DNA from: Planctomycetales bacterium
Lineage (GTDB): Bacteria > 4484-113
Length of the DNA stretch: 64,000 bases
Assembly (NCBI GenBank): GCA_030606285.1
Contig: JAUWGS010000001.1
Coordinates: forward strand, 176,696 to 240,695
Direction: 5' to 3'
The stretch's first letter is position 1, and every line of letters begins with the position of its first letter. Shown here one piece after another: positions 27,016 through 37,468 of this stretch. The translations under genes and the position numbers were made by a program. Under the pieces are notes generated by a model. That model was given only the letters and a program-made list of their open reading frames with translations, had not been told where the DNA came from and searched no databases.

Positions 27016-27822
27016 TTAGCCCTCCTCCTTTGCAGTCTGTTTAGCAGCCTCTTCTTGCCAGACATCCTTGTACACACCCAGGGGGAAGTTCTTCGTCATC
27101 TGCTCCTCGATGAACTTCACTCCTTCCTGAGGCGTCATGTGCCAATTGACGTTGCAGTTGCTCAAGACCTCGACCATTGAGAAGCCTTTATCCTCCAGTT
27201 GTGCTCTGAAAGCCTTCTTGATAGCTGCTTTGGCCTTGAGGATATGCTTGGCGTCGTGCATGCTCACACGGGCAATGTACGCCGCCCCCTGAAGCGGTGC
27301 CAACATCTCGCTCATTTTCATCGGCCAGCCGATGCGCTTGGCGTCGCGCCCAAGCGGTGAAGTCGTGGTCTTCATGCCAAGCAGTGTAGTCGGCGCCATT
27401 TGACCGCCGGTCATGCCGTAGATTGCGTTGTTAACGAAAATACACGTAACACGCTCGCCACGGTTGCAGGCATGAATGGTTTCAGCGGTGCCGATAGCCG
27501 CCAGATCACCGTCTCCCTGGTATGTCATCAACACTGAGTCGGGGCGCATGCGCTTCGCGCCGGTGGCGACTGCAAGCGCCCTGCCGTGTGGCACGCTGAT
27601 GAAATCGAAGTCGAAGAACTCGTAGCTGAACACACTACAGCCGACGGACGCGATGCCAATACAGCGGTGCTGGATGCCCAGCTCGTCGATCACCTCGGCG
27701 ATAATCTTGTGTGTCGTCCCGTGATTGCAGCCCGGGCAGTAGGTGAATGGTGTATCAGTAAGCGATTTAGGTCGTTCGGCAACAACCTTGTATTCAGTTC
27801 CTTCAATGGTTATAACATCCAT
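27016..27822 (-). CDS. 2-oxoacid:ferredoxin oxidoreductase, beta subunit (TPP-binding)
   Basis: 268 aa. The Cys-rich N-terminus is YCPGCNHG and the TPP-binding motif is GDGD…AIG. Confidence 0.85.
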   Translation of the reverse strand: MDVITIEGTEYKVVAERPKSLTDTPFTYCPGCNHGTTHKIIAEVIDELGIQHRCIGIASVGCSVFSYEFFDFDFISVPHGRALAVATGAKRMRPDSVLMTYQGDGDLAAIGTAETIHACNRGERVTCIFVNNAIYGMTGGQMAPTTLLGMKTTTSPLGRDAKRIGWPMKMSEMLAPLQGAAYIARVSMHDAKHILKAKAAIKKAFRAQLEDKGFSMVEVLSNCNVNWHMTPQEGVKFIEEQMTKNFPLGVYKDVWQEEAAKQTAKEEG

Positions 27823-27832
27823 CGCCGTCCTC

Positions 27833-28936
27833 CTATGATACGTGCCAGAGCGTATTCGGCTCTTCTGGATTCTTGAGAATCGCCCGAATTGGCTCTGTCA
27901 GATCCTCGGGGGTGAACGTCAGTCCCCCGTGTTTTGCAACGAAGTGCACGGGCTTCTTGTCCAGAACTGCGAGCTTCACATCCTCGATCATCTGGCCCCA
28001 ATTCATCTCCGGCACAAGTATGGCTTTAACACGCTTGCTGTCCGCGTATTTTCTTATAGCGTCGTACGGGAACGGCCATACGGTAATGGGCCTAAACAGG
28101 CCAACCTTCAAGCCTTCCTGTCGAAGGATGCGGATCGCGCTGTGCGTGACGCGGCTGGGTGAGCCGATGGCTACAACTAGGACTTCCGCGTCTTCTGTGA
28201 GATACTCGTCGTATCGCACTTCTTCTTTTTTGAGCCTTTCGTACTTGTCGATGAGCTTCTCGTGCGCCACCGCCATATCCACCGGGTCGAGCCAGATCGA
28301 TGTGAGTACGTGACGTTCGCGTCCTTCCTGAAACTCGTCGAGTTGCCACTCGCTCTTATCCGGCGGATCCATCCACGGCATACTGGCGTAATCCACAGGC
28401 TCCATCATCTGGCCGATTGTGCCATCAGTGAGAACCATTGCCGGATTGCGCCACTTGTCCGCCAGAATGAACGCATCGTATATGAACTGGGCCATTTCCT
28501 GCACTGAATTGGGTGCGAGGGTAATCAGCCGGTAATCGCCATGCCCGCCGCCTTTGGTTGTCTGGAAGTAATCTCCCTGGTGCGGTGCAATGTTCCCCAA
28601 TCCGGGACCGCAACGCACCACGTTCATGACCACCATTGGAAGCTCCATCATAGCGATGTAGGAAAGCCCTTCCTGCTTCAGTGAGATGCCGGGTGAGCTG
28701 GAACTCGTCATGGCACGGGCGCCGGTCGCCGAGGCCCCCATTATCATGTTTATCGCCGCTACCTCGCTCTCCGACTGGATGAATGTTCCCCCGTGCTCCC
28801 AGATGTGGGCGCTCATGTACTCCGTGACTTCGTTTTGGGGTGTGATTGGATAACCGAAGTAGGCTTTGCATCCTGCGCGATAGGCACCTTCGCAGGCTGC
28901 GTGATTTCCCTTCATAAACACACGTTCGTCAGACAT
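27833..28936 (-). CDS. 2-oxoacid:ferredoxin oxidoreductase, alpha subunit
   Basis: 367 aa. The N-terminus MKGNHAACEGAYRAGCKAYFGYPITPQNEV matches the alpha-subunit signature. Confidence 0.85.
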   Translation of the reverse strand: MSDERVFMKGNHAACEGAYRAGCKAYFGYPITPQNEVTEYMSAHIWEHGGTFIQSESEVAAINMIMGASATGARAMTSSSSPGISLKQEGLSYIAMMELPMVVMNVVRCGPGLGNIAPHQGDYFQTTKGGGHGDYRLITLAPNSVQEMAQFIYDAFILADKWRNPAMVLTDGTIGQMMEPVDYASMPWMDPPDKSEWQLDEFQEGRERHVLTSIWLDPVDMAVAHEKLIDKYERLKKEEVRYDEYLTEDAEVLVVAIGSPSRVTHSAIRILRQEGLKVGLFRPITVWPFPYDAIRKYADSKRVKAILVPEMNWGQMIEDVKLAVLDKKPVHFVAKHGGLTFTPEDLTEPIRAILKNPEEPNTLWHVS

Positions 28937-28969
28937 ACTTGATTTATCCTCCTGGAAGTCTATTGGAAG

Positions 28970-29245
28970 CTAAGCGCTCTTTTTCTTCACTTCCTTGTAT
29001 ACGCGGATAGCCGCGTCCGGACACACTATTGCGCAAAGGCGGCAACCCGTGCACTTGCCGTCAGGATCTACGTACTCAACAGGATAGAGCCCGCGCTTGT
29101 TGAGCTTGGCTTTCGTGTTGTGGATCAACTCGTGCGGACAGGCCGGGACGCAGAGCAAGCAACCTTTGCAGGCATCATCGAGGATTTCTATCATTGGCAT
29201 TGAGCTTAAACCCCTAAAGGCGAGATGAACTGCGTATCGTAACAC
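28970..29245 (-). CDS. 2-oxoacid:ferredoxin oxidoreductase, delta subunit (2x[4Fe-4S] ferredoxin)
   Basis: 91 aa with two CxxCxxCxxxCP motifs (CKGCLLCVPACP; CTGCRLCAIVCP). It is the first gene of the four-gene operon. Confidence 0.8.
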   Translation of the reverse strand: MLRYAVHLAFRGLSSMPMIEILDDACKGCLLCVPACPHELIHNTKAKLNKRGLYPVEYVDPDGKCTGCRLCAIVCPDAAIRVYKEVKKKSA

Positions 29246-29410
29246 CCATTTCTAGGACGGTTCGCAACGCTACGCTGCGACTACCGCATATGATACCCAG
29301 GCTAGGGTGCAGATAACTTATCAGCATTATATCACACTAGAGAATATTTTCACAAGGGATTTTGCCGTCCCGGCGCAATTCCTCTCGCTCTCATTATGGA
29401 CGAGCACCTG

Positions 29411-30418
29411 TCAGCCCAGAGGATGATAGCAGGAGACACGTCCAGGGCCGGATCTAGTTGGCTCCGGATGGGTTTGAAAACACTCGTCAGTCGCTCGCTG
29501 GCAGCGTTCCGCGTAAGCGCATCCCTCTGGAGGGGCTAGTAGGTCCGGTGGTTGGCCCGGAACAGCCCGGAGCTTCCGCTTGGCATCCACACGAGGGAGG
29601 GAGTCCAGCAAAGCCCTGGAATAGGGATGGCGAGGTGCTGAGAAGAACTCCTTATCTGTGGTCTCCTCAACGATCTTCCCGGCATACATAACCAGTATGC
29701 GACTGCAGGTTCCAGCAACGATGGACATATCGTGAGTTATAAGGATTATTGACGCGCCGAACTCGTCCTTCAACCTCAACAGCAGGCTCAGGATCTGAGC
29801 CTGAATCGTTACGTCAAGCGCTGTGGTGGGCTCATCAGCCAGCAAGAGTGACGGTTGGCAGGACAGTGCCATGGCGATCATAACTCGCTGGTGCATTCCT
29901 CCTGATAGTTGATGCGGATAGTGATTGAAGCGCTGCTCAGGATCGGGGATGCCTACGGTTCTAAGGAGATTGATCCCCTCGCGCCGTGCATCTTCCTTCG
30001 ACATGCCACGGTGGAGCATCAGTGGCTCCATCACTTGGAAACCGACAGTGAAGACCGGGTTAAGGGACGACATTGGGTCCTGAAAGACCATACCGATCTC
30101 GTTACCCCGAATGCTCCTGAGTTCAGTCATGGACGCACTCACGACATCCAGTTCGGTATCGGCTCCCAGCTTGGACGGACGAAACAGTATGCGGCCCTGA
30201 ACGTGGGCTCCGGGAATCTCCCGGGTCAGGCCGGGAATAGACAGCGCTGTGATGGTCTTGCCGCAGCCGGATTCACCGAGGAGTCCGATCATTTCGCCGG
30301 GAGAGACTTCAAAGCTCACTCCCCTGACGGCATGCACAATGCCCCGTTCGAGGGCAATGTCCACCCTCAGGTCGTCTACGACGAGCAGATGGCTGTTATG
30401 GCTGGACGGTGTAGTCAT
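29411..30418 (-). CDS. peptide/nickel ABC transporter ATP-binding protein (DppD/OppD-like)
   Basis: 335 aa. Walker A is GESGCGKT, the signature is LSGGMHQR and Walker B is LLLADEPTT. The C-terminal oligopeptide-ABC Cys motif is [14 protein letters not shown]. The 5' end overlaps the upstream phosphohexomutase gene by 23 nt. Confidence 0.85.
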   Translation of the reverse strand: MTTPSSHNSHLLVVDDLRVDIALERGIVHAVRGVSFEVSPGEMIGLLGESGCGKTITALSIPGLTREIPGAHVQGRILFRPSKLGADTELDVVSASMTELRSIRGNEIGMVFQDPMSSLNPVFTVGFQVMEPLMLHRGMSKEDARREGINLLRTVGIPDPEQRFNHYPHQLSGGMHQRVMIAMALSCQPSLLLADEPTTALDVTIQAQILSLLLRLKDEFGASIILITHDMSIVAGTCSRILVMYAGKIVEETTDKEFFSAPRHPYSRALLDSLPRVDAKRKLRAVPGQPPDLLAPPEGCAYAERCQRATDECFQTHPEPTRSGPGRVSCYHPLG

Positions 30419-31844
30419 GCAGATAGCTCACGAGGGCTTTACGTAGCGAGTCGAATGCGCGCTCGTCCGGAGCTTCCATATAAGCGCGCACAACCGCTTC
30501 CGTTCCCGATGGCCGGAGGAGAATCCACGACCCATTCTCCAGGACGAGCTTCACACCATCAATTGAGATGACCTCTGAAACAAGATGGTCAAGAAAAGTG
30601 CCGGCCTGAGCCAATGCTTCGACGTCACTCATTAGTTCGGCAATCCTCTCGCTCGGCAGTTCCATGTCCAGCCGCTCGAATACGGTTCGTCCGAACTGCT
30701 GTCCGAACTCCTGCCAGACATCTGAAAGGCGAGCCCCTTTGGTGGCGAGCAAGTCGAGCAGCAGCAAGATGGAGAGAATTGCATCCTTTTCCGGCACGTG
30801 TCCGGCGATCGAGAGCCCGCCTGATTCCTCACCTCCAATCAGAGCGCCTTCCCTCAACTCCCGACCGACATACTTGAAGCCGACTGGAGTTTCTTTCAGT
30901 TCCGTGCCATGCGCGACTGCAACCGCATCCAGCAAGTGCGATGTGGCGACCGTGCGCACGAGCGGGCCAGTCTGTTCCTTGGTTGTCAGGAGGAAGTCTG
31001 CAAGCAACGGCAGCACCCTGTTGCATCCGAAGTACGCGCCGTCAGCGGTCATTAAACCAAAGCGGTCGGCATCCCCGTCCGTGGCGAGCAGAAGCGCATA
31101 ATCGCCGCCTGCAACGTCCGGCTGCAGGGCTTCGAGGTTGGCCGGTGATGGATCAGGCAGCAGGCCGCCGAAGAGCACGTCGCGCTCGGTGAAACGCGAG
31201 TCAACGTTTACTCCATGTCGCCGCAAGTAATCGTCCAGCCAACCTGCACCGACGCCGTGGAAGGCTGCATAGAGGTAGCTGTCGTGCAATGTGCTGAGGG
31301 CAGGAGCGTTCACCAGTTTGTCGAGCTGTGCGAAGTAATCCTCGCGCGCATCCAGAGTCTCGCCCCGCCATTCGGTGTTGAGTTGAGGTGGTTCAAAACC
31401 CGCTGTTTCCAGCTCAAAGATGATGTCGGTTATCCGCTCGGTGGTCGAGGTCTCAGCAGGGCCCGCAAAATCGGGGATGAACTTGATACCGAGGAAGTAG
31501 AAGGGATTGTGGCTCGCAGTGAACATCAAAGCCCCCGCGGCATTCTCGTGACGCACGGCGAAGGCGCAGACTGGCGTCGGAACCGGAGCTTTGAAAACGA
31601 CCGTCGGCTGTCCTTGCCCGGCGAGATGATTGGCCACGTGAGACGCAAACTCAGCTGCCTGAAACCGGTTGTCGTAGCCAATTAGTAGTGGTCTGTCGCT
31701 TGCGTCGGTCTCGATAAGATACCGCCGCACGGCCTCAGCCACTGTCACGGTTCGCGGGAATGTGAAATCGAACGATATAATGCCGCGCCAACCGTCGGTT
31801 CCGAACTTAATTGGCTTCACAACCTCAATTATACACTCTGGCAA
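30396..31844 (-). CDS. alpha-D-phosphohexomutase (phosphoglucomutase/phosphomannomutase family)
   Basis: 482 aa. The N-terminus is FGTDGWRG, the active-site Ser loop is TASHNP, the metal loop is DGDADR and the sugar-binding motif is GGEESGG. Confidence 0.85.
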   Translation of the reverse strand: MPECIIEVVKPIKFGTDGWRGIISFDFTFPRTVTVAEAVRRYLIETDASDRPLLIGYDNRFQAAEFASHVANHLAGQGQPTVVFKAPVPTPVCAFAVRHENAAGALMFTASHNPFYFLGIKFIPDFAGPAETSTTERITDIIFELETAGFEPPQLNTEWRGETLDAREDYFAQLDKLVNAPALSTLHDSYLYAAFHGVGAGWLDDYLRRHGVNVDSRFTERDVLFGGLLPDPSPANLEALQPDVAGGDYALLLATDGDADRFGLMTADGAYFGCNRVLPLLADFLLTTKEQTGPLVRTVATSHLLDAVAVAHGTELKETPVGFKYVGRELREGALIGGEESGGLSIAGHVPEKDAILSILLLLDLLATKGARLSDVWQEFGQQFGRTVFERLDMELPSERIAELMSDVEALAQAGTFLDHLVSEVISIDGVKLVLENGSWILLRPSGTEAVVRAYMEAPDERAFDSLRKALVSYLHDYTVQP

Positions 31845-31892
31845 CCTGCCATCAGGCTGTGTTACGCAGCGCGCCTATGCTATATTTGCGGT

Positions 31893-32909
31893 ATGGAGGC
31901 TGTGGTCATTGCCGGTGGATTTGGCACGCGCCTCTACCCGCTCACGCTGAAGCGTCCGAAGTCCTTGCTGCCGTTTCTGGATCGCCCGCTCATTGAGTAT
32001 CAGATGGATCTGGCGCGGGAAGCGGGATGTGAGAGAGTTTTTGCAGCGACCGGCCACTTAAGCGCGGATATTGAAGCATACGTTAATAGCTGTGGAGTTG
32101 ACGTGCATCTGGTGGAAGAAGATGAACCTCTGGGTACTGGCGGGGCGGTCGCGCAGGCGCTTCGCACGGCACAGATGGAACCGCCGGTTATGGTTCTCAA
32201 CGGCGACATCGTGTGTGATATCGCGCCGCGCAGCCTGCTGGCAACTCACGAGCGTCTCGGCGGATGGATGACGATTGTTGCAGCCGAAGTTCCTGATGCA
32301 TCCAGCTTAGGTACACTGACGATTGATGAAGCTGGGAGGTTGGCTGCTTTCGATGAAAAGCTGCCTGACGAGGCTGGAGACCAGCCGACACCTGTCAATG
32401 CCGGCATTTACCTGCTGGGAGACGAAGCTTGCGGGGATCTGGTGTCACGTGAAGGAGCGTTTAGCCTGGAGCAGGATTTCTTCCCGGAACTCACCCGTAG
32501 AGGGCTAATTCGCGCCCACAGGCACAAGGGATTCTGGCGCGATGTCGGCACGCTGGACAGCTACTTCAAGACGCAGTTTGATGTGCTCGGCTACTTCCTG
32601 ACGATGGGCCGGGAGAACTTCGCTGGTGACCGGGACGATTTCTCACTGTTTCGTGATTTCATCTATATCCATCAGGATGCGAAGCTCGGTGACAACTGCG
32701 ACCTCTTTCATCGCGTAATTCTGATGCGCGGAGCACAACTGGGAGATTCGTGCCATCTGCGCAACTGTATCGTGCTTCCAGGTGGGATTGTGGGAAAGAA
32801 GTGCAAGCTGGAAAGCGTCATTGTGGACAGCGACACGGCCATCTCCGATAGCACCGAGGCCGATTTCCGCGTGTTCTCCGGTGACCGCGAGGAGGCGTTT
32901 ACTGGTTAG
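31893..32909 (+). CDS. sugar-phosphate nucleotidyltransferase (NTP_transferase + left-handed beta-helix; mannose-1-P guanylyltransferase-like)
   Basis: 338 aa. The N-terminus is VIAGGFGTRLYPLTLKRPKSLLPF. The C-terminal hexapeptide-repeat region is present. It is divergent from the phosphohexomutase gene. Confidence 0.8.
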   Translation: MEAVVIAGGFGTRLYPLTLKRPKSLLPFLDRPLIEYQMDLAREAGCERVFAATGHLSADIEAYVNSCGVDVHLVEEDEPLGTGGAVAQALRTAQMEPPVMVLNGDIVCDIAPRSLLATHERLGGWMTIVAAEVPDASSLGTLTIDEAGRLAAFDEKLPDEAGDQPTPVNAGIYLLGDEACGDLVSREGAFSLEQDFFPELTRRGLIRAHRHKGFWRDVGTLDSYFKTQFDVLGYFLTMGRENFAGDRDDFSLFRDFIYIHQDAKLGDNCDLFHRVILMRGAQLGDSCHLRNCIVLPGGIVGKKCKLESVIVDSDTAISDSTEADFRVFSGDREEAFTG

Positions 32910-33027
32910 GGGCATGCCAATGGCGATGACGTCAACGACAATTGTCAACGCATTATGAACCACAAGAGCACTGCTTTTATCCAAGATATCAACGCGTGTA
33001 TTGCCGCTTTTTGCTGGTGTTAGATCG

Positions 33028-33957
33028 ATGATACTCACAGTCACCTGCAATCCGTGCATTGATAAAAGCTTTCTGGTGCGAGGGCTTACGCCTGAGGCGA
33101 AGATGAGGGCGTGGGATGTGCGCTACGACCCCGGCGGCGGCGGCATAAACGTCTCCCGTGTAATCAAGCGGCTTGGCGGCGAAACGGTAGCTTATGGCTT
33201 CGCAGGTGGGCACACGGGCGCAGCGCTGAGAGATCTGCTGGACCAGGAAGACCTTCCCTTTCGTCTCATTGAGGTCAAACACCCCACTCGGATCAACATC
33301 ACATTCCTGGACGAGGAGGATGGCGCGCAGTACGTCTTCAGCCTGCCTGGCGCACGAGTGGACGGTCCGGAATGGCGGCAGTTGGTCTCGGCAATCCGCG
33401 ATGTTGATCCAAAGCCGGAGTTTCTCGTAATCAGCGGCAGCCTGCCGCCCGGCCTGGGTGCAGGTGCTTATGAGGAACTCGCGAAGGATGCACGAGAGGG
33501 GGGAGTCCAGGTGTTGGTGGACGCCTCTGGCGAACCGCTGCGTGTGACGCTGAAGCATAGGCCGCTTATCGTCAAACCCAACCGCCGCGAGCTGGGGCTG
33601 CTGACAGGACAAGAGCTTTTGGGAGTCGATGATATCCTGACAGCTTCGCGCGAAGTGCTGGAGATGGGGCCGCAGTCGGTCATTGTCTCGCTAGGTCCGG
33701 ACGGGGCGCTGGCGGTGAATGCCGAAGGCGCATGGCGTGCTTCCGCACCGCCGGTTAAGACCGTCAGCAAAGTAGGTGCAGGAGACTCAATGATGGCAGC
33801 GATAGTGCGTAGCCTGCGAATGGGCAAAACGTTGCCCGAAGCGCTGAAGCTAGGGGTGGCTGCAGGAACTGCCGCCACGATCTCACCAGGCACCGAACTC
33901 TGCTTGGTGAAAGACATCGATCACCTCTTCCCGAAGGTGAAAGTCACGAGCATCTAG
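33028..33957 (+). CDS. PfkB-family carbohydrate kinase (1-phosphofructokinase/tagatose-6-P kinase-like)
   Basis: The motifs GGGGINVSRV and VGAGDSMMAAIV are present. The ORF opens with TTG at 33001, but the first ATG is at 33028. Confidence 0.75.
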   Translation: MILTVTCNPCIDKSFLVRGLTPEAKMRAWDVRYDPGGGGINVSRVIKRLGGETVAYGFAGGHTGAALRDLLDQEDLPFRLIEVKHPTRINITFLDEEDGAQYVFSLPGARVDGPEWRQLVSAIRDVDPKPEFLVISGSLPPGLGAGAYEELAKDAREGGVQVLVDASGEPLRVTLKHRPLIVKPNRRELGLLTGQELLGVDDILTASREVLEMGPQSVIVSLGPDGALAVNAEGAWRASAPPVKTVSKVGAGDSMMAAIVRSLRMGKTLPEALKLGVAAGTAATISPGTELCLVKDIDHLFPKVKVTSI

Positions 33958-33979
33958 TCAAGGCAAAAACAGACGCTGG

Positions 33980-35311
33980 TTACTTCTTCTCGCCCAAATC
34001 CACCTGCGCGCACACCAAGCCGGTTATCAGCTTGGGGTAGAAGTCGGTGGACTTCTGGGGCATCAATTCGCCGTTGCCTGCCACGTCGCGGATCTGCGCC
34101 AGAATCGTCGGATTCATAAAGAGCACGAACTGGTGTGTTCCCTTATCCACCCGTCCAATAGCGATATCCGGATACCGTTCGTAGTTGAGATTCGTTTTAG
34201 CCGCCTGCGCCTCCTTGGTTATCCCGAGTACGTGTTCAAGAATGACCTCGTGGAGAATAGCCACATCCAGCGAGCGCCAGGCGGAGGATTGGTCGGGTGC
34301 TAGCTTACTCATAATCTCAACGTCTCTCAGCCGAAGAAACCAGAACTTCCCTCCGTGGTAAAGACCGAAGGCGTGAGCGTCAGAGATCTCGGTAAGTTTA
34401 GTGAGTGAAGCGAGTGTAGCGTCTTTATCGGGCCGTTCTTCAACAGCGAAGAACTCGCCGAGCCGCTTCAGGAAGTCCTGGAGATCGAAACCTGCCAGGC
34501 TGTACAGTACCCGGTGCGTGGGAAGAACGACGAGCCCTGGATCGCTCATACCTACTAATGTCACCATAGCATTGCGCGGGTTCTGCGTGCTTTCACCGCC
34601 CACGTACTCCCGCAGACGGTGATTGCGATAATTGATGGCAGTCTCGTAGCGGTGGTGGCCGTCAGCGATGAACAGCAGCTTACCTTCCATCTCGCGCTGA
34701 ACCGCAGCAATAACATCGTGGTCGCTCACCGCCCACATCTTGTGGGTCACGTCTTCCTCTTCGTTATGAGCCATCATGTCCGGAGAACGTTCAATGTGCG
34801 GATCGAGCAGCGCCATCACCTCGTTCTCGTCATCCGGATAGAGCTGGAAAACCTGGCCAAAGTGGGTATCCGTGTGGACCAGAAGCTTGAAGCGGTCCTC
34901 TTTCGGTGCGCTCAGTGTGCGCTCGTGCGGTTTGACCTTGCCGCTGGAGTAATCTTCGAGCTCTACCAGCACGGTCATGCCTTTACGCACGTAAGTCTGC
35001 CCGTCGGGTGCTTTGAATTCCTGGTGGTAAACATAAATCGCGGGTTTGACATCTTCTACGAGCACTCCGCTTTCGAACCACTGCCTGACCGTTTCGCCGG
35101 CGCGCGTATACACGTTGTTATCCGCCGCGTCGTCCGGGAACCCTCGCCCCTTGATGATGCGGACGATATTGTAATCGCTCGCGCCGTAGTACTTGTCCTG
35201 CAACTCCGGCGTGACGCGATCATAGGGTAGCGTGGTGACACTGGTGAAGTCTCCAACCTTCGTCCTGTCGAAGTGCGTACCTTTGAATGGGAAAATTCTG
35301 GCCATCTTCAA
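33980..35311 (-). CDS. DUF1015 domain-containing protein
   Basis: 443 aa. The N-terminus is MKMARIFPFKGTHFD… with the conserved DGHHRYETAI block. It is the last gene of the serine-biosynthesis operon. Confidence 0.7.
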   Translation of the reverse strand: MKMARIFPFKGTHFDRTKVGDFTSVTTLPYDRVTPELQDKYYGASDYNIVRIIKGRGFPDDAADNNVYTRAGETVRQWFESGVLVEDVKPAIYVYHQEFKAPDGQTYVRKGMTVLVELEDYSSGKVKPHERTLSAPKEDRFKLLVHTDTHFGQVFQLYPDDENEVMALLDPHIERSPDMMAHNEEEDVTHKMWAVSDHDVIAAVQREMEGKLLFIADGHHRYETAINYRNHRLREYVGGESTQNPRNAMVTLVGMSDPGLVVLPTHRVLYSLAGFDLQDFLKRLGEFFAVEERPDKDATLASLTKLTEISDAHAFGLYHGGKFWFLRLRDVEIMSKLAPDQSSAWRSLDVAILHEVILEHVLGITKEAQAAKTNLNYERYPDIAIGRVDKGTHQFVLFMNPTILAQIRDVAGNGELMPQKSTDFYPKLITGLVCAQVDLGEKK

Positions 35312-35353
35312 CTCCCGGTTAGACTGTAGTTGTCGAGACTGATTGTGCGGGAG

Positions 35354-36274
35354 TCAGCCCGCAAAGAACTCGTGGACGATATCCACGACCTCAAAGCCGA
35401 CGCGCGCCTGGCCTTCTTTAGTCTGCGCCCCGACATGAGGTGTGAGCACCACGTTGTCGAACTCGGCAAAGATATGCTCAGTGGCAGGTTCCTTCTCGTA
35501 TACATCAAGACCAGCACCGGCGATTTCACCGTCTCTTAGTGCCAGAGCCAGCGCGGGCTCGTCCAGAACGCCCCCTCGCGCGCAGTCAATAATGAACGCT
35601 GAACTCTTCATCTTTTTAAACTGGTCGGTGGTGAGCATGTGGTGGGTCTCGTCGTTGTGCGGGACGTGTACCGAAATGTAGTCCGAGCGTTCGAGAAGCT
35701 CATCGAGTGTGGTGTCAAGCAGGTCAGCCATGCCAACAGCCTCCGCTTTCACATACGGGTCGTATGCGATAGCGTACATTCCCAGTCCAATGCAGCGCTT
35801 CGCCAGTTCCTGTCCGATGCGGCCGATGCCAATGATGCCCACCGTTTTGCCCCACAGCTCCACGCCCTTGAAGCGCTTCTTCTCCCACTTCATCGCCTTC
35901 ATGCTGGCGTCCGCAGCGTGGATTTTGCGCGCAAGAGAAAACATCATGCCGATAGCCAGTTCGGCAACGCTTACGCTGCTCGCGGCGGGTGTGTTGCGGA
36001 CCGCAATCCCCTTAGACTCGGCGTAGGGCACGTCAATATTGTCAAGGCCGACACCGCCGCGCACGAGGAGCTTAAGGTTTACGCCGGCATCGATTACTTC
36101 TTTAGTTACCTTCGTCGCGCTGCGCACGACCAGGCAATCGTATTCAGGCACGACCTTCAAGAGCTCGTCCGCGGGTGTTCCCTGGTCGTTGTGAACAACC
36201 TCCAGGCCGGAGATTCCCATCATCTGCCCGGCGGCTTTAGGATCCATTGGATCGCAAATTAGCACTTTGGCCAT
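35354..36274 (-). CDS. serA: D-3-phosphoglycerate dehydrogenase (short form, no ACT domain)
   Basis: 306 aa. The D-2-hydroxyacid dehydrogenase NAD-binding motif is GIIGIGRIGQELAKR and the catalytic-domain motifs are present. Confidence 0.8.
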   Translation of the reverse strand: MAKVLICDPMDPKAAGQMMGISGLEVVHNDQGTPADELLKVVPEYDCLVVRSATKVTKEVIDAGVNLKLLVRGGVGLDNIDVPYAESKGIAVRNTPAASSVSVAELAIGMMFSLARKIHAADASMKAMKWEKKRFKGVELWGKTVGIIGIGRIGQELAKRCIGLGMYAIAYDPYVKAEAVGMADLLDTTLDELLERSDYISVHVPHNDETHHMLTTDQFKKMKSSAFIIDCARGGVLDEPALALALRDGEIAGAGLDVYEKEPATEHIFAEFDNVVLTPHVGAQTKEGQARVGFEVVDIVHEFFAG

Positions 36275-36322
36275 GATAACCCCTCCTGGGATAACGATTT
36301 AGTCAGATTGTGTCCTGTCGGA

Positions 36323-37468
36323 TTAGCACAAATACGACATAAACACTTCCTGGGCGGCCTTTACGCCAACACCCAGCTCAATCGGTGCTCCGAACTTCTT
36401 CATCGCCATCTCGAATGCCGCCAATCCCATTATGGTGTCGAAGTAGTCCTGGTAGCCGATGGTGCCGATGCGAATGATTTTGGTTTTGTAGTCGTTCTGC
36501 CCGGCGGCCATGAAGATACCCCATTCATCGCGCATGAATTTCGCGACCTTCGTGGAGTCAATACCCTCCGGCATCAGTATTGGTGTGAGCACGTTGGACG
36601 GGAACTTCTCGCTGAGTCGCTTGAAGCCCAGCGCGTCAGCCGCAGAGCGCACGGCTTCGCCCTGGATCTCGTGGCGCTTGTGGATATTAGGCAGGCCTTC
36701 TTCCAACAGCATATCCAGCGCGACGTTTAGCTGCTGGAAAAGGCTCACGTTGCTCGTCCACGGGTGTGTTCGCTTGGCATCATTCTTGATGGCGGCTACA
36801 AGGTCAAAATAGAAGCCGGTGCGATCGGTCTTCTCCATCTTCTCGACTGCTCGCGGTCCGAGCACGATAAACGCAATTCCCGGCGGCATCATGAAGCCTT
36901 TCTGCGAGCCGCTGATGAGCACATCGAGGTCCCAGTCGTCCATTGGGCAGGGATGCGCGAGCAGTCCGCTGATAGCGTCAACAATGATGAGCTTACCGGC
37001 TGCGTGCGCAATCTCAGTGAGATCCTTGATGGGGTTTAGGACGCCCGAGGACGTCTCGCTTAGCTGCGTGAAGACGCCGACCGTATCGGGTGCGTCCTTC
37101 AGTGCCTGCTCCAGCTTGTCTGGTGTGGACGCATCGCTCCATTCGTACTTGACTTCGTGCACGTTGCAGCGGTAGGCATTGCCGATCTTCGTCCAGCGCT
37201 CGCCGAACTTGCCGCCGTTGAACGTGATCATAGTCTCTCCGGGGCTCACGAGGTTCGAGACGGCGGCTTCCATTGCACCGGAACCTGTGGAGTTAAGGGT
37301 CAGCACGCGCAGCTTCGTTTCGAAGATGGTCTGGAGCTTGACCGCGCACTCTTCATAGATCTCATAGAACTGGTCGGTGCGGTGGTGCACCATGTCCTTG
37401 GCGCCGGCAAGCGCCACGTCCCCGGGTACCATCGTCGGGCCCGGTGTAAACAGATGAAGCTTCTTCAT
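36323..37468 (-). CDS. class V aminotransferase, probable phosphoserine aminotransferase (SerC-type of the AGT family)
   Basis: 381 aa. The N-terminus is HLFTPGPTMVPGDV and the PLP-lysine context is LISGSQKGFMMPPG. It is co-oriented with serA, 48 nt away. Confidence 0.7.
   Translation of the reverse strand: MKKLHLFTPGPTMVPGDVALAGAKDMVHHRTDQFYEIYEECAVKLQTIFETKLRVLTLNSTGSGAMEAAVSNLVSPGETMITFNGGKFGERWTKIGNAYRCNVHEVKYEWSDASTPDKLEQALKDAPDTVGVFTQLSETSSGVLNPIKDLTEIAHAAGKLIIVDAISGLLAHPCPMDDWDLDVLISGSQKGFMMPPGIAFIVLGPRAVEKMEKTDRTGFYFDLVAAIKNDAKRTHPWTSNVSLFQQLNVALDMLLEEGLPNIHKRHEIQGEAVRSAADALGFKRLSEKFPSNVLTPILMPEGIDSTKVAKFMRDEWGIFMAAGQNDYKTKIIRIGTIGYQDYFDTIMGLAAFEMAMKKFGAPIELGVGVKAAQEVFMSYLC

Noticed and set aside
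26449-29245. Four-subunit 2-oxoacid:ferredoxin oxidoreductase operon considered as something unusual
   Set aside because: The delta-alpha-beta-gamma gene order is the standard arrangement for four-subunit POR/KOR/VOR enzymes. Substrate specificity cannot be read from sequence here.
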